Virus record (IMG/VR): IMGVR_UViG_3300043037_000042
Location: 1-59,439 of that record
Length of the DNA stretch: 59,439 nucleotides
Reading direction: 5' to 3' (one strand)
DNA from: a virus
Taxonomy: Duplodnaviria; Caudoviricetes
Shown here: positions 9,534 to 17,847 of the stretch, piece by piece
How positions within the stretch are numbered: position 1 is the stretch's first letter
How the letters are laid out: the number at the start of each line of letters is the position of its first letter
Made by a program: the position numbers and the translations under genes
The notes under the pieces: generated by a model
Databases searched by the model: none
What the model was told of the DNA's origin: nothing
The model's input: only the letters and a program-made list of their open reading frames with translations

Positions 9534-11204
9534 TTAATTCAAAACTCCCTTTCTGCGCTTTCCCTTTTTTAGATTCTTAATTTTTTCTTTTTTGTATTTT
9601 TCTATTGGCGTTTCTGGTTCACTGATAGCTTGCGTATTATTTCTAGGGCTACCAATTAACAAATATTTTAGACAGTCAGCTGTATTGTCTATTGCTGAGT
9701 TTCCTGCTATTACATTAGGGTTATTATCCTCAACTACTAATTTAGGTAAATGACTTATTAAATGCTTACAAGTACTAAATATTTGTATCTTAGCTGTTTT
9801 TTTACCAGTTCCATCATCAATATGTTTTAAATATTCATGTATTGTGTCTTTCCCTAGCTTTCTATCTGTGACCGCTCTTACAGTTGGATAATTGAATCCA
9901 GCACTTTTATACATATCTAAAAGACTTTTTCCTGTACCTTTAGCTGTATCTTTGTTAAATGCATCTGCTCCAAATATTACATATTTTAACTTTTCATATG
10001 TATATTCTTCGATTCCATATGTTTCATATCCTATGTGATAGCTGTCGATTTCTTCTTTTACTTGTTCTGTAATATCAATTTTACAATCTTCCATAAACTT
10101 TTTAGCTTGGTCTGTATAATAAATTTTAGGGTCTTTTTTATCTCTTGTATACTCATAATAAATATAAGTAATACCATCTTCTGATAATGCAGCTTTAAAC
10201 CAACAAAACGGGTCGTTTAATCCGTTATCTACAGAACCCCATTTAATCCAATGATCGGGAATTTCAAAAGGTTCACATACATGAATATCTCTTGAAAACT
10301 CTGGAAATGCTGTTAATTCTCCAGCTGATAAAGCTTGTTCTATTGTCTCTGGATATTCTTGTCTCCATGTATTTTTAAAAGTTTTCTTAGTTTGTTCATA
10401 CCATTCTTTTGTTCTTCTAGGGTCTGCATATACGCTTAAAAATATTAAATGAAACCCCATTTCTGCATTATTTTCTAAACAATCAAGTACTATGCTTTCA
10501 AAATAGCTACCTCTTTTGTTGGTTGATAATCCTATTAATTTACCACTATCGGGTCTATTGATAGTAGGTCCGATACCAGCGAATACTAATTCAGCATTTT
10601 CATGGAACGCCCATTCATCAAGTATTATAAGGTCGGCAGTAATAGAACGACCGCTTCGTTCAGTTGATACATAGCCATTTATAGTACTTGTTACCCGTAC
10701 CCCATCTTCTCTAGCTGGATAATATATAATTACTTCATCTGATTTCTTTTCATATAGGTACATACTTCCGTATTGTGCATTTTCTTTGTTGTATTCCTGC
10801 ATAAGCCATTTAGGAAGTCGCATAAGAATATATTCAACTCTATCTATTGCAGCATACATATATTCCTCTGTTTGTGATAATATTGCAACTGTATATTGTT
10901 GAGTACTTAGACAACCATGAGTTCCATATCCTAAAGATAACCACGTCATACCTAATTGTCTTGCTTTTATAAGTATGTTTTTTGAATTTTCTTCTATTTC
11001 TTTTAAAACTCTTTTTTGCTCTGGAAACATTTTAAATAATACAGAACGTTCATCTGGTGTTTTGCCGCTTTTATTTTCTATATACATGTAATTTTCAAAG
11101 AAATATTCTATATCTCTTATAATTTTTCTACGTTCGAGTTCTCTAGTTGCTAAAATTGAAAATGCTTGCTCTGATGTTAATTGTTTCTGTTTTTCATTTG
11201 CCAT
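9534..11204 (-). CDS. terL: Terminase large subunit
   Basis: Walker A KARQLGMT, Walker B IILDE, LST coupling motif, nuclease domain GSVDNG and DNTADCLKY. Confidence 0.93.
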   Translation of the reverse strand: MANEKQKQLTSEQAFSILATRELERRKIIRDIEYFFENYMYIENKSGKTPDERSVLFKMFPEQKRVLKEIEENSKNILIKARQLGMTWLSLGYGTHGCLSTQQYTVAILSQTEEYMYAAIDRVEYILMRLPKWLMQEYNKENAQYGSMYLYEKKSDEVIIYYPAREDGVRVTSTINGYVSTERSGRSITADLIILDEWAFHENAELVFAGIGPTINRPDSGKLIGLSTNKRGSYFESIVLDCLENNAEMGFHLIFLSVYADPRRTKEWYEQTKKTFKNTWRQEYPETIEQALSAGELTAFPEFSRDIHVCEPFEIPDHWIKWGSVDNGLNDPFCWFKAALSEDGITYIYYEYTRDKKDPKIYYTDQAKKFMEDCKIDITEQVKEEIDSYHIGYETYGIEEYTYEKLKYVIFGADAFNKDTAKGTGKSLLDMYKSAGFNYPTVRAVTDRKLGKDTIHEYLKHIDDGTGKKTAKIQIFSTCKHLISHLPKLVVEDNNPNVIAGNSAIDNTADCLKYLLIGSPRNNTQAISEPETPIEKYKKEKIKNLKKGKRRKGVLN

Positions 11205-11216
11205 AAAATCACAACC

Positions 11217-11453
11217 TTATTTCAGTAATTCCATTCCTTTATCTGTAACCCAACCAGAACGTAGTGTAATTCCACTTCCAATATACCCTCGGTCTTCTGC
11301 TCGTTCCATTGCTCGATAGCAAACTTTTTCTGGCTGTCCTGTCAATTCACTCAATAACTCGTAAGGATATTTTCTTTCGTTTGTAAATTTCATTTTATTG
11401 CATTCAAGATAAGCTTCTATAACTTGCTTATCTGATATGTGTTTTCTAGCCAT
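11217..11453 (-). CDS. Hypothetical winged-helix-like protein
   Basis: GGAGG RBS; W-T-KG wing-like C-terminus. Confidence 0.5.
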   Translation of the reverse strand: MARKHISDKQVIEAYLECNKMKFTNERKYPYELLSELTGQPEKVCYRAMERAEDRGYIGSGITLRSGWVTDKGMELLK

Positions 11454-11457
11454 AAAA

Positions 11458-11994
11458 TTACCTCCCTAACAAATAATTTCGCAAAAAGTAATAAAAGGTA
11501 TAGTAGATATATTGTGCCGAATACTTATTGTCTTTCATGAAAACAAATGGAATATTGTATCTCTCGCTAAAACTGTGCAATGTTCCAATAAATGATAACG
11601 GTTCATATTTTGTATTATATTTGTGGTTGATTATATCGTCATATGAGGCATTTTCAATAAGCAAGGTACATTTACCTTTATTTCTTATGAACTCGCTTTC
11701 TATGCGCAATCTATCGTTTGAAAAGTTTCCGCTAAGTTCTTCAAGGCTTGCTTTTCTTTCGATTTTAACTTTATCTGTGAAATATAAATCTCTTTGTATT
11801 CCTAACTCGGTATTAGATGGCAATAAAAAAGAGTAGTCACCTGTTTCGAGCTTTTCTACTATATAAGGTATTTTCTTGGTATCTAACCACTTTGTTATGT
11901 GCGAGTTTTCTTGTTCTCTACTGTCGATTAAAATTACCATGCTTTTTAGTAGTAACTTAACTTCTTTGTCTGTGTACTTGTACATATCTAGCAT
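11458..11994 (-). CDS. ERCC4/XPF-family nuclease domain protein
   Basis: IDSREQ, LETGDY and IERKASLEEL motifs. Confidence 0.88.
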   Translation of the reverse strand: MLDMYKYTDKEVKLLLKSMVILIDSREQENSHITKWLDTKKIPYIVEKLETGDYSFLLPSNTELGIQRDLYFTDKVKIERKASLEELSGNFSNDRLRIESEFIRNKGKCTLLIENASYDDIINHKYNTKYEPLSFIGTLHSFSERYNIPFVFMKDNKYSAQYIYYTFYYFLRNYLLGR

Positions 11995-12006
11995 TTAATC
12001 ACTTCC

Positions 12007-12333
12007 TTAAAGTGCAAATAAAATCAAGTCTATTAAAATATGTAAAGCTTGGTCTATGTATAAATGAGTCGTTAATGCTTTTTTCTTATCTTCAGCATTT
12101 GCTTTGACTTCATCTATTACTAAATGGCTTACAATCAATATGAGTACTTTCCAAATAGCAAATACGCCTATTAATTCAAAACACAATGCCATTCCTAAAC
12201 TATAAATCATTGAGTGAGCTAATAAACTATAAAAGTAATTACCTTTTGTTTGTGTTAAAAACTCACCTTGTAGTGGAAAATCTAACAAGTAGTGTGCTAA
12301 TATAATCCATAAGATTGATTTCATTAAAATCAC
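12007..12333 (-). CDS. DUF3307-like membrane protein
   Basis: AHYLLDFPLQ, SHLVID and IDQALH motifs; several TM helices. Confidence 0.75.
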   Translation of the reverse strand: MILMKSILWIILAHYLLDFPLQGEFLTQTKGNYFYSLLAHSMIYSLGMALCFELIGVFAIWKVLILIVSHLVIDEVKANAEDKKKALTTHLYIDQALHILIDLILFAL

Positions 12334-12341
12334 TTCCTTAT

Positions 12342-12428
12342 TGGCGGAGAATACAGGATTCGAACCTGTGAGACTTTTACATCTAATAGTTTAGCAAACT
12401 ACCACCTTAAACCCTCGGTCAATTCTCC
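12342..12428 (-). tRNA. tRNA-Ser(GCT) with encoded CCA
   Basis: Acceptor GGAGAAT/ATTCTCC-G-CCA; anticodon arm GTAGT-TTGCTAA-ACTAT; long variable arm; T-arm ACAGG-TTCGAAT-CCTGT. Confidence 0.93.
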
Positions 12429-12434
12429 ATAATT

Positions 12435-12462
12435 AAAAGCACCTCAATTAAGAAGTGCTTTT
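12435..12462. terminator. Terminator/processing hairpin
   Basis: AAAAGCAC...GTGCTTTT inverted repeat. Confidence 0.6.
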
Positions 12463-12466
12463 GCTA

Positions 12467-12671
12467 GGTCCATACGCCCTAAAACTCATTGATTTCTCGA
12501 CGTGGCTCAATGAGTAAGGCCGATCTCCTATTTATTTCAATAGGTCATCGCCACCTATAACCGTATCTTGTGGCTTGGCTCGTCAGCTAAGATTTTCCTT
12601 CCAATCATCTAACGGTCAATAACCGAAAACATAGTACATTGGCTGTAATCTTATATAGATTAACTCGGACA
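12467..12671 (-). ncRNA. Candidate structured non-coding RNA (unassigned)
   Basis: ORF-free and GC-richer than its surroundings; closed by GTCC/GGAC, with at least five internal helices and loop-loop complementarity (see findings). Confidence 0.55.
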
Positions 12672-12706
12672 TTTATATAATTAATCGCCTTCCATATAAT
12701 CACTTC

Positions 12707-12907
12707 CTAAATTTGTTTTGTAACTCCACCTTGCTTTTTATATTTTCTATGTCTCATGCATTCTTCTATTCCGTCATAAATTGATAGCGTAAGGTCTAAT
12801 TCTTCACAATTCTTAAAGTCTTGACACATTGGTTTTTTAATATAACAGGCACATATCAATTCTTGATTGTCCCATTTTGTATTGAATGTGAGTTTAATTT
12901 TTGACAC
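12707..12907 (-). CDS. Hypothetical protein
   Basis: GTG start after AGGAG RBS; operon context. Confidence 0.5.
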   Translation of the reverse strand: MSKIKLTFNTKWDNQELICACYIKKPMCQDFKNCEELDLTLSIYDGIEECMRHRKYKKQGGVTKQI

Positions 12908-12913
12908 ATTTAA

Positions 12914-13519
12914 TCAACTCCCTATACCTCTTTTTTTCTTGCTAATTTTCATTGATTCTCTATTGTTAGATTCTTTTTCTCTTTCTTCTTTAGCCATCAT
13001 CGCCCATTTGGTATCTTTGAACATATTATACAAGTCTTTACTTATCCATTGCCCTTTATATTGGATATACGGATTTAAGAAATATGATTTTTTCTTTTCG
13101 GTAACATTTAATGCTATAATTCCTCTGTCGACTAATTTTTTAATCGTCCTATTTACAGTCTTTTTATCAACATCTAGCTTCTTGGCAATCCAATCATTTG
13201 TCATTGAATGGTTGTTACCCATTGAAATGTACCCTGTTTTATATCCAATACCAGACATCATGAGAAGCAATATCCTATAATCAGAACTTGTTAAGTTTTC
13301 ATTAGCCAATCCTGCTATTGCAAAATTACTAAACATGTTAAAACTTCCGCTTTGACCGAAATCGTATATTTTATCTTTTTCAATTTGTACTTTGTTTTTC
13401 TTGTAATAATCAACTTGCTTTTTATTCCGTATAATTTGCGTATCTTTGTTGTATATGCCTATCAAATCACCAGTATTGGGATTAACGATAAGGTACTCAT
13501 TTTCTTCTAGATTCAACAT
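12914..13519 (-). CDS. RepL-like (Firmicute plasmid replication/maintenance) winged-helix protein
   Basis: VNPNTGD N-terminus, HTH IAKKLDVDKKTVNRTIKKL, YFLNPYIQYKG; likely start MLNLEE with AGGTGAT RBS. Confidence 0.7.
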   Translation of the reverse strand: MLNLEENEYLIVNPNTGDLIGIYNKDTQIIRNKKQVDYYKKNKVQIEKDKIYDFGQSGSFNMFSNFAIAGLANENLTSSDYRILLLMMSGIGYKTGYISMGNNHSMTNDWIAKKLDVDKKTVNRTIKKLVDRGIIALNVTEKKKSYFLNPYIQYKGQWISKDLYNMFKDTKWAMMAKEEREKESNNRESMKISKKKRGIGS

Positions 13520-13783
13520 ATCACCTACTTTGTGAAAAAAGTTTGCAATTGGACATTTTTGTCCCGAAACAAAATGCTTGTTTTTATTCAAATTTCAATA
13601 CCTATATTGATTTTTTAGGCGATTTAGTCCTTTTATTAAGTTATTATACTAAAATGGAGGGGAAGCCGACATTTTGTATGCACTTAAATTAACTACTTTT
13701 GATTAATTTCTAGAAAAAAATAAAAAATATATTTTTAAGGGTTTGTTATTTACCCCACCCCCCACTTTGTCGGTAAAATTCTG

Positions 13784-13834
13784 TGTCTTTGGGAATGGAA
13801 TAAATCTTTAACCAATTTTACATGTCTTTGGGAA
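13784..13834 (+). repeat. 12-bp direct repeat TGTCTTTGGGAA x2
   Basis: Copies at 13784-13795 and 13823-13834. Confidence 0.8.
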
Positions 13835-14133
13835 CAGGAGAACCATTATAGATATTTGAAACCCACCCCGGGGTCAATCGGGGATAGGGTACACTCCTAC
13901 ATCTGCATTCACAATCTCCACAATGCCTGTATTTTCAACATGTTTGCCATACCCCTATGCTATACATATTAAATCAAAGGACCTTTTACGCGCACCAAGA
14001 GGGATTTTACAGTAAAGCAGCTAGAGCAATAAAACCTATTTGCATAGGAAAAATTAGGAGGAATACTCTAACTGCATGAAGTATGCAATAATTTAAGGTG
14101 TTTTTGCATATTTGGTGTAGTTCGGTAGTTATT

Positions 14134-14161
14134 ATGTCGCAAAATAAATCTTATATGACTA
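14134..14161. other. dif-shaped candidate tyrosine-recombinase site
   Basis: ATGTCGCAAAA-TAAATC-TTATATGACTA: 11-6-11 imperfect inverted repeat. Confidence 0.4.
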
Positions 14162-14439
14162 ATTACAATTTATTGCATTAAGCATTTGCAATGATTACAG
14201 CAATTATATAAATACCTTTGCGTATTTGCATAAATATTAGTAAAAAACAGTGCATATTTGAAATGATTTTATACATGTAATTTTGTGAATTGATGGTCTG
14301 GATATCGATAAAACCATGCAATATTTTGCACGAAATAAGGTTCTTTTTGTATTTGCTTCTATTTATTCCAAGAATATTCAGTCTTTTCATATCACAAATC
14401 ATTTACCCTTATTTAACAAACGTTCAAATTCCAACAATC

Positions 14440-15072
14440 TTACTCAACTTCGTAATCAATATTATCCAATAGCTCCGTATTAGCATATTTGAGTAATTCC
14501 TCGTCTGGCAAGTTTTGGATCTGATTTACGTTGATATTTACAGTATTTACACTTTCTACTCTATCCTTGTACTTATCACTATATAGATTTTTTAGAGAAA
14601 ATATTAACGCTGTACTATCTGGTACATAGTTTTTTTGCGTAACTGTATTTTTAACAATACGGCCCTTTTCTGGGTCATCTGTTACAACTGTTTGTGATTC
14701 TGTTGCTGTAAATCCTTCCGCTCTCTTTAATAATGCTTTTTCTAACGTATATTTTCTGTTGTCGATGCCTTGTTCGTATGCTTGTTTAAAATCTGCATTA
14801 GTGCTAAGTAATTTATAAAAAGTAGACACAGCCATATCTAACGCTTCTGCTATCTTATAGTTTTCTATTGGTTGTGATGCGTATTCTGTTAATTTATCTA
14901 GATCAACAAATTCCATAGCAGATTTTCTACCGCTATTATGTCTATTGTTTGGTTTTAGTGTTTCTGTTTCTATATTTACATTATCAGAAGCCACAGAATC
15001 ACTTTTAACACTACTTTTTTTACTCTTAGATGTATTTACACTCTTCGACTTCTTACTATTTTTATTAGCCAT
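14440..15072 (-). CDS. Terminase small subunit (probable)
   Basis: HTH IAEALDMAVSTFY, ALLKRAEGF and PDSTALIFSLKN motifs typical of Firmicute TerS; first gene of the leftward late operon; GGAGG RBS. Confidence 0.78.
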   Translation of the reverse strand: MANKNSKKSKSVNTSKSKKSSVKSDSVASDNVNIETETLKPNNRHNSGRKSAMEFVDLDKLTEYASQPIENYKIAEALDMAVSTFYKLLSTNADFKQAYEQGIDNRKYTLEKALLKRAEGFTATESQTVVTDDPEKGRIVKNTVTQKNYVPDSTALIFSLKNLYSDKYKDRVESVNTVNINVNQIQNLPDEELLKYANTELLDNIDYEVE

Positions 15073-15286
15073 TTTGTGACCTCCTCGCATATTAAAATAA
15101 AAAAGCTACATCTCTTTGACATAGCTTTTTAAGTAATTATTCTATTATTTGTTACAAATGCATGTAACTTTGTATCGTAATTGTAACATTTACGCTAGGT
15201 ATAATTAAGTCTAATTTGGTCTAAGTTGCATTTTTCAATATTTTGATGTTATTTTAAATATTACAAACAGTTAATAAAATAATCTA

Positions 15287-15315
15287 TTGACATTACATCT
15301 TTAAAGTAGTATTAT
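15287..15315 (+). promoter_or_regulatory. SigA-type promoter of the rightward operon
   Basis: TTGACA-17 bp-TATTAT, with A/T-rich upstream sequence. Confidence 0.75.
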
Positions 15316-15358
15316 AAGCATGTAAGGTAAAACAATTATTTTATAGGAGGATTTACAA

Positions 15359-15565
15359 ATGTTATATAAAGCAATAGTTACAGATAAACAAACAAAGCAA
15401 ACAGAAATTATTGAATCAGATTATAACACAAAGAAAGATTTTATAAATGATTTAAGAGGGAACGGATATTCTGTTAACCCTTTAAAAGTTAAAAAAGCAA
15501 ATGTATTTGATTACATCATGAATGAAACAAATTGCTACCCATGGGATTGGAAAGAAAATAATTAG
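15359..15565 (+). CDS. Hypothetical protein
   Basis: AGGAGG RBS immediately after the promoter. Confidence 0.75.
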   Translation: MLYKAIVTDKQTKQTEIIESDYNTKKDFINDLRGNGYSVNPLKVKKANVFDYIMNETNCYPWDWKENN

Positions 15566-15627
15566 TATAATAAAACATAAAATTTAATGGTTTGCGGTTG
15601 GCCATAAAACCGTTAGGAGGTCCCAAA

Positions 15628-15804
15628 ATGAAATACGCAGTCAAGAATACCAAAGGCGAATACGCAAAAATGGACATCAACGGAAATTTCAGCTTTACAG
15701 ATAATGAAAATTTCATGTACTTATTGCCATCTGAGCAAGATGCAGAAAGACTAGTAAAATTTCTAGGTAATGAAAAATTAAAAGTGGAGGAACTAAAGAA
15801 ATGA
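15628..15804 (+). CDS. Hypothetical protein
   Basis: AGGAGG RBS; start MKYAVK. Confidence 0.7.
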   Translation: MKYAVKNTKGEYAKMDINGNFSFTDNENFMYLLPSEQDAERLVKFLGNEKLKVEELKK

Positions 15805-17072
15805 ACAAAAACTATATCAATAATTTAGAAACTGGACACATCGAATTGCATTTTGAAAAATCAGAATATCAAGCGTTATCAGATGTAGAAAAGAAAGAAA
15901 TTAAAGGAGCATATTTATTTAGCAGATATGCTAATGCGTGGGTAAGCAGAAGCACAAAGAATCATTATAATGCTTTAAGAGTTGCGGAAAAATTAGGTTT
16001 TACAGAAGAAGAAAAACAAGGCGAAAAATTAAGCTTTGCTGAAGAATTAGAAAGAAAAGCGGAAAAAGCAGAACGTAGGGCGGACAGATACGAATATAAA
16101 GCAGAAAAAGCAGTTGCAACAGGTAAAAGCTTACAAAGTGAATTAAACTCAATGCACGGTGATATAGCATTCTTTACACAACCAATCATCGCAGGTCATG
16201 CAGGAAGTCAAGCTTTTGCAAGAAGAAGAGAGAGAATTTATAATAGATATCACAAAGGGTTTGAAGAGTACCGCAAAAGCGAATATTACAGAGATAGAGC
16301 AGAAACAGCAAGAGAGACCGCAGATATGAAAAAATTAAACGATGCTGTATATCTAACAAACAGAATAAAAGAATGTAATAGCACAATTAAAAAGTTAGAA
16401 TCAAATATTGTAAATTACGAAAATAAACTTCACAGAATAGAACAAGGTGAAGAATTGAAAAGCTACGCAGGCAATATATTAACAGCAGAACAATTTCAAA
16501 AGTGGATTGATGAAACGCTCGATAAAATGGAATACGAGATAGATAAATTATCATTTTTAGAAAACCGCATTGAAGAAATAGGCGGAAACAAGTTCTCAAG
16601 AGAAAATATTAAAGTTGGTTACATTGTAAATATAAAAGATTTTAGAAAATCTGAAATTGTGTCAGCTGGTCCAATGAATGTAAAATATAAAATCCTTGAA
16701 GGCGGAGCTGCTGGAATGGTTTTAACCGCCCCATATGCAGCAATCACAGAGATTGTACAAACAAAAGAAACTAGCGAAATTAAAAACCCCTACGCTATAG
16801 GTGATATATTATGCCATTACAACGCAAGCAATACAAACATTATATCTGCATATCAAGTCATGAAAATCACTAAAACAGGTGTAAGATTACAAGAAATAGC
16901 AATAGAAAACGGAAAGCCGATATCAAATAATTTTAAAAGCATAAAGCAAATACAAAAGAAAATTGTTAAAAGTAAATGGAGTGATTTTGTAGGGGTTTAT
17001 ATGGATAATTGGCAACTTTATAAATTTGAAATAGGAGGTCTTGAAAATGACAGCATATCAAGAATTTGTTAA
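15801..17072 (+). CDS. DUF3560-domain protein
   Basis: AERRADRY, QPIIAGHAGSQAFARRRERI and EYYRDRAETA match the DUF3560 signature (QPILVGHHSE). Confidence 0.75.
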   Translation: MNKNYINNLETGHIELHFEKSEYQALSDVEKKEIKGAYLFSRYANAWVSRSTKNHYNALRVAEKLGFTEEEKQGEKLSFAEELERKAEKAERRADRYEYKAEKAVATGKSLQSELNSMHGDIAFFTQPIIAGHAGSQAFARRRERIYNRYHKGFEEYRKSEYYRDRAETARETADMKKLNDAVYLTNRIKECNSTIKKLESNIVNYENKLHRIEQGEELKSYAGNILTAEQFQKWIDETLDKMEYEIDKLSFLENRIEEIGGNKFSRENIKVGYIVNIKDFRKSEIVSAGPMNVKYKILEGGAAGMVLTAPYAAITEIVQTKETSEIKNPYAIGDILCHYNASNTNIISAYQVMKITKTGVRLQEIAIENGKPISNNFKSIKQIQKKIVKSKWSDFVGVYMDNWQLYKFEIGGLENDSISRIC

Positions 17073-17304
17073 TAACCCAGCTTTAAAGCATGGAAAAACA
17101 TCAATATTATTCGAGATTGAAGTTGATAGAACTATTAATGATTTAATAGACTTTATAAACAACTTTTTACACACAAGAGGATTCAAGAAAACAGGACACA
17201 TGAAGCATGAAGGAGTATACAATGCAGTTTATAACAACTTATATATCTTTGGCGGAGTGATCCAAGAAGAAAACAAAATAGCGGTTAGAATTAATCAAAT
17301 ATAG
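17047..17304 (+). CDS. Hypothetical protein
   Basis: AGGAGG RBS; start MTAYQ. Confidence 0.65.
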   Translation: MTAYQEFVNNPALKHGKTSILFEIEVDRTINDLIDFINNFLHTRGFKKTGHMKHEGVYNAVYNNLYIFGGVIQEENKIAVRINQI

Positions 17305-17315
17305 GAGGGTTAAAA

Positions 17316-17447
17316 ACGAGTTTTGAACAATGGTTTAAATGGTATACAGGTTTATCCGTTGAACAATTTAAGAACCTATCATTGTCAGATGAAAAATACG
17401 AAACAGAATTAAACAAATATCAAGAATTATATCAACGATTAAAGTAA
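17316..17447 (+). CDS. 43-aa ORF with ACG at the start position (non-canonical start or pseudogene)
   Basis: AGGAGG, 7 nt, then ACG AGT TTT GAA CAA TGG...; no in-frame ATG. Confidence 0.45.
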   Translation, partial: TSFEQWFKWYTGLSVEQFKNLSLSDEKYETELNKYQELYQRLK

Positions 17448-17549
17448 ATAAAAATAGTGTAGCACAAGCCGACCAAAGCTATTGAGATGCTACACTAACC
17501 ACCAAAAGAGCGGTATAAATACTCTACACTATACCGTTCTATTTGTCAA
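17446..17549 (-). ncRNA. Candidate small antisense RNA unit (promoter + hairpin terminator)
   Basis: TTGACA(17549-17544)-17-TAGAGT; 10-bp stem TAGTGTAGCA/TGCTACACTA with inner AGCT-TTGGTC-GGCT hairpin and T-tract. Confidence 0.5.
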
Positions 17550-17564
17550 TAGAGAGGTATAGAG

Positions 17565-17657
17565 ATGGAAAAAGTATTGTTTATCGGATTGTATGCGCTG
17601 GTATTTTTAATATTAGCTGGCATACTAGAGATAACATTTAAGAATCTTGATTTTTAG
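17565..17657 (+). CDS. 30-aa hydrophobic peptide
   Basis: MEKVLFIGLYALVFLILAGILEITFKNLDF; GAGGT RBS. Confidence 0.6.
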   Translation: MEKVLFIGLYALVFLILAGILEITFKNLDF

Positions 17658-17675
17658 ATTCGGAGGTATGGGGAT

Positions 17676-17843
17676 ATGATGAGGGATATAATAAATGCCA
17701 CAAATAAAGTAAATGCAAGGGTTGTTGACTTAATGTTTATAGGGCATTCTCGGGGATTAAGTTCGGAGGAATATTTAGAACTACAAGAATTAGAAAGAAT
17801 AGCGAAAGATATTGAAAAATGCATAAATAAAAACAAGGAGTGA
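17676..17843 (+). CDS. Hypothetical protein (55 aa)
   Basis: GGAGG RBS; MMRDIINATNKVNARVVDLMF... Confidence 0.55.
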   Translation: MMRDIINATNKVNARVVDLMFIGHSRGLSSEEYLELQELERIAKDIEKCINKNKE

Positions 17844-17847
17844 CAAA

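Noticed and set aside
11514-11521. 0A box TGCCGAA within the ERCC4 gene
   Set aside because: Inside coding sequence with no nearby promoter; consistent with chance.
12528-12595. Canonical hammerhead ribozyme (CUGACGA core)
   Set aside because: GAUG replaces the GAAA core and there is no NUH triplet after the candidate stem III; kept only as part of the unassigned RNA.
12682-12696. Mini-ORF MEGD with GGAAGTG RBS
   Set aside because: Only four codons; cannot be supported as a gene.
13784-13834. CRISPR mini-array
   Set aside because: Two 12-bp repeats only; no array or cas gene seen anywhere in the window.
14178-14472. Short ORFs downstream of terS
   Set aside because: No RBS and atypical composition; the region looks like cis-acting DNA.
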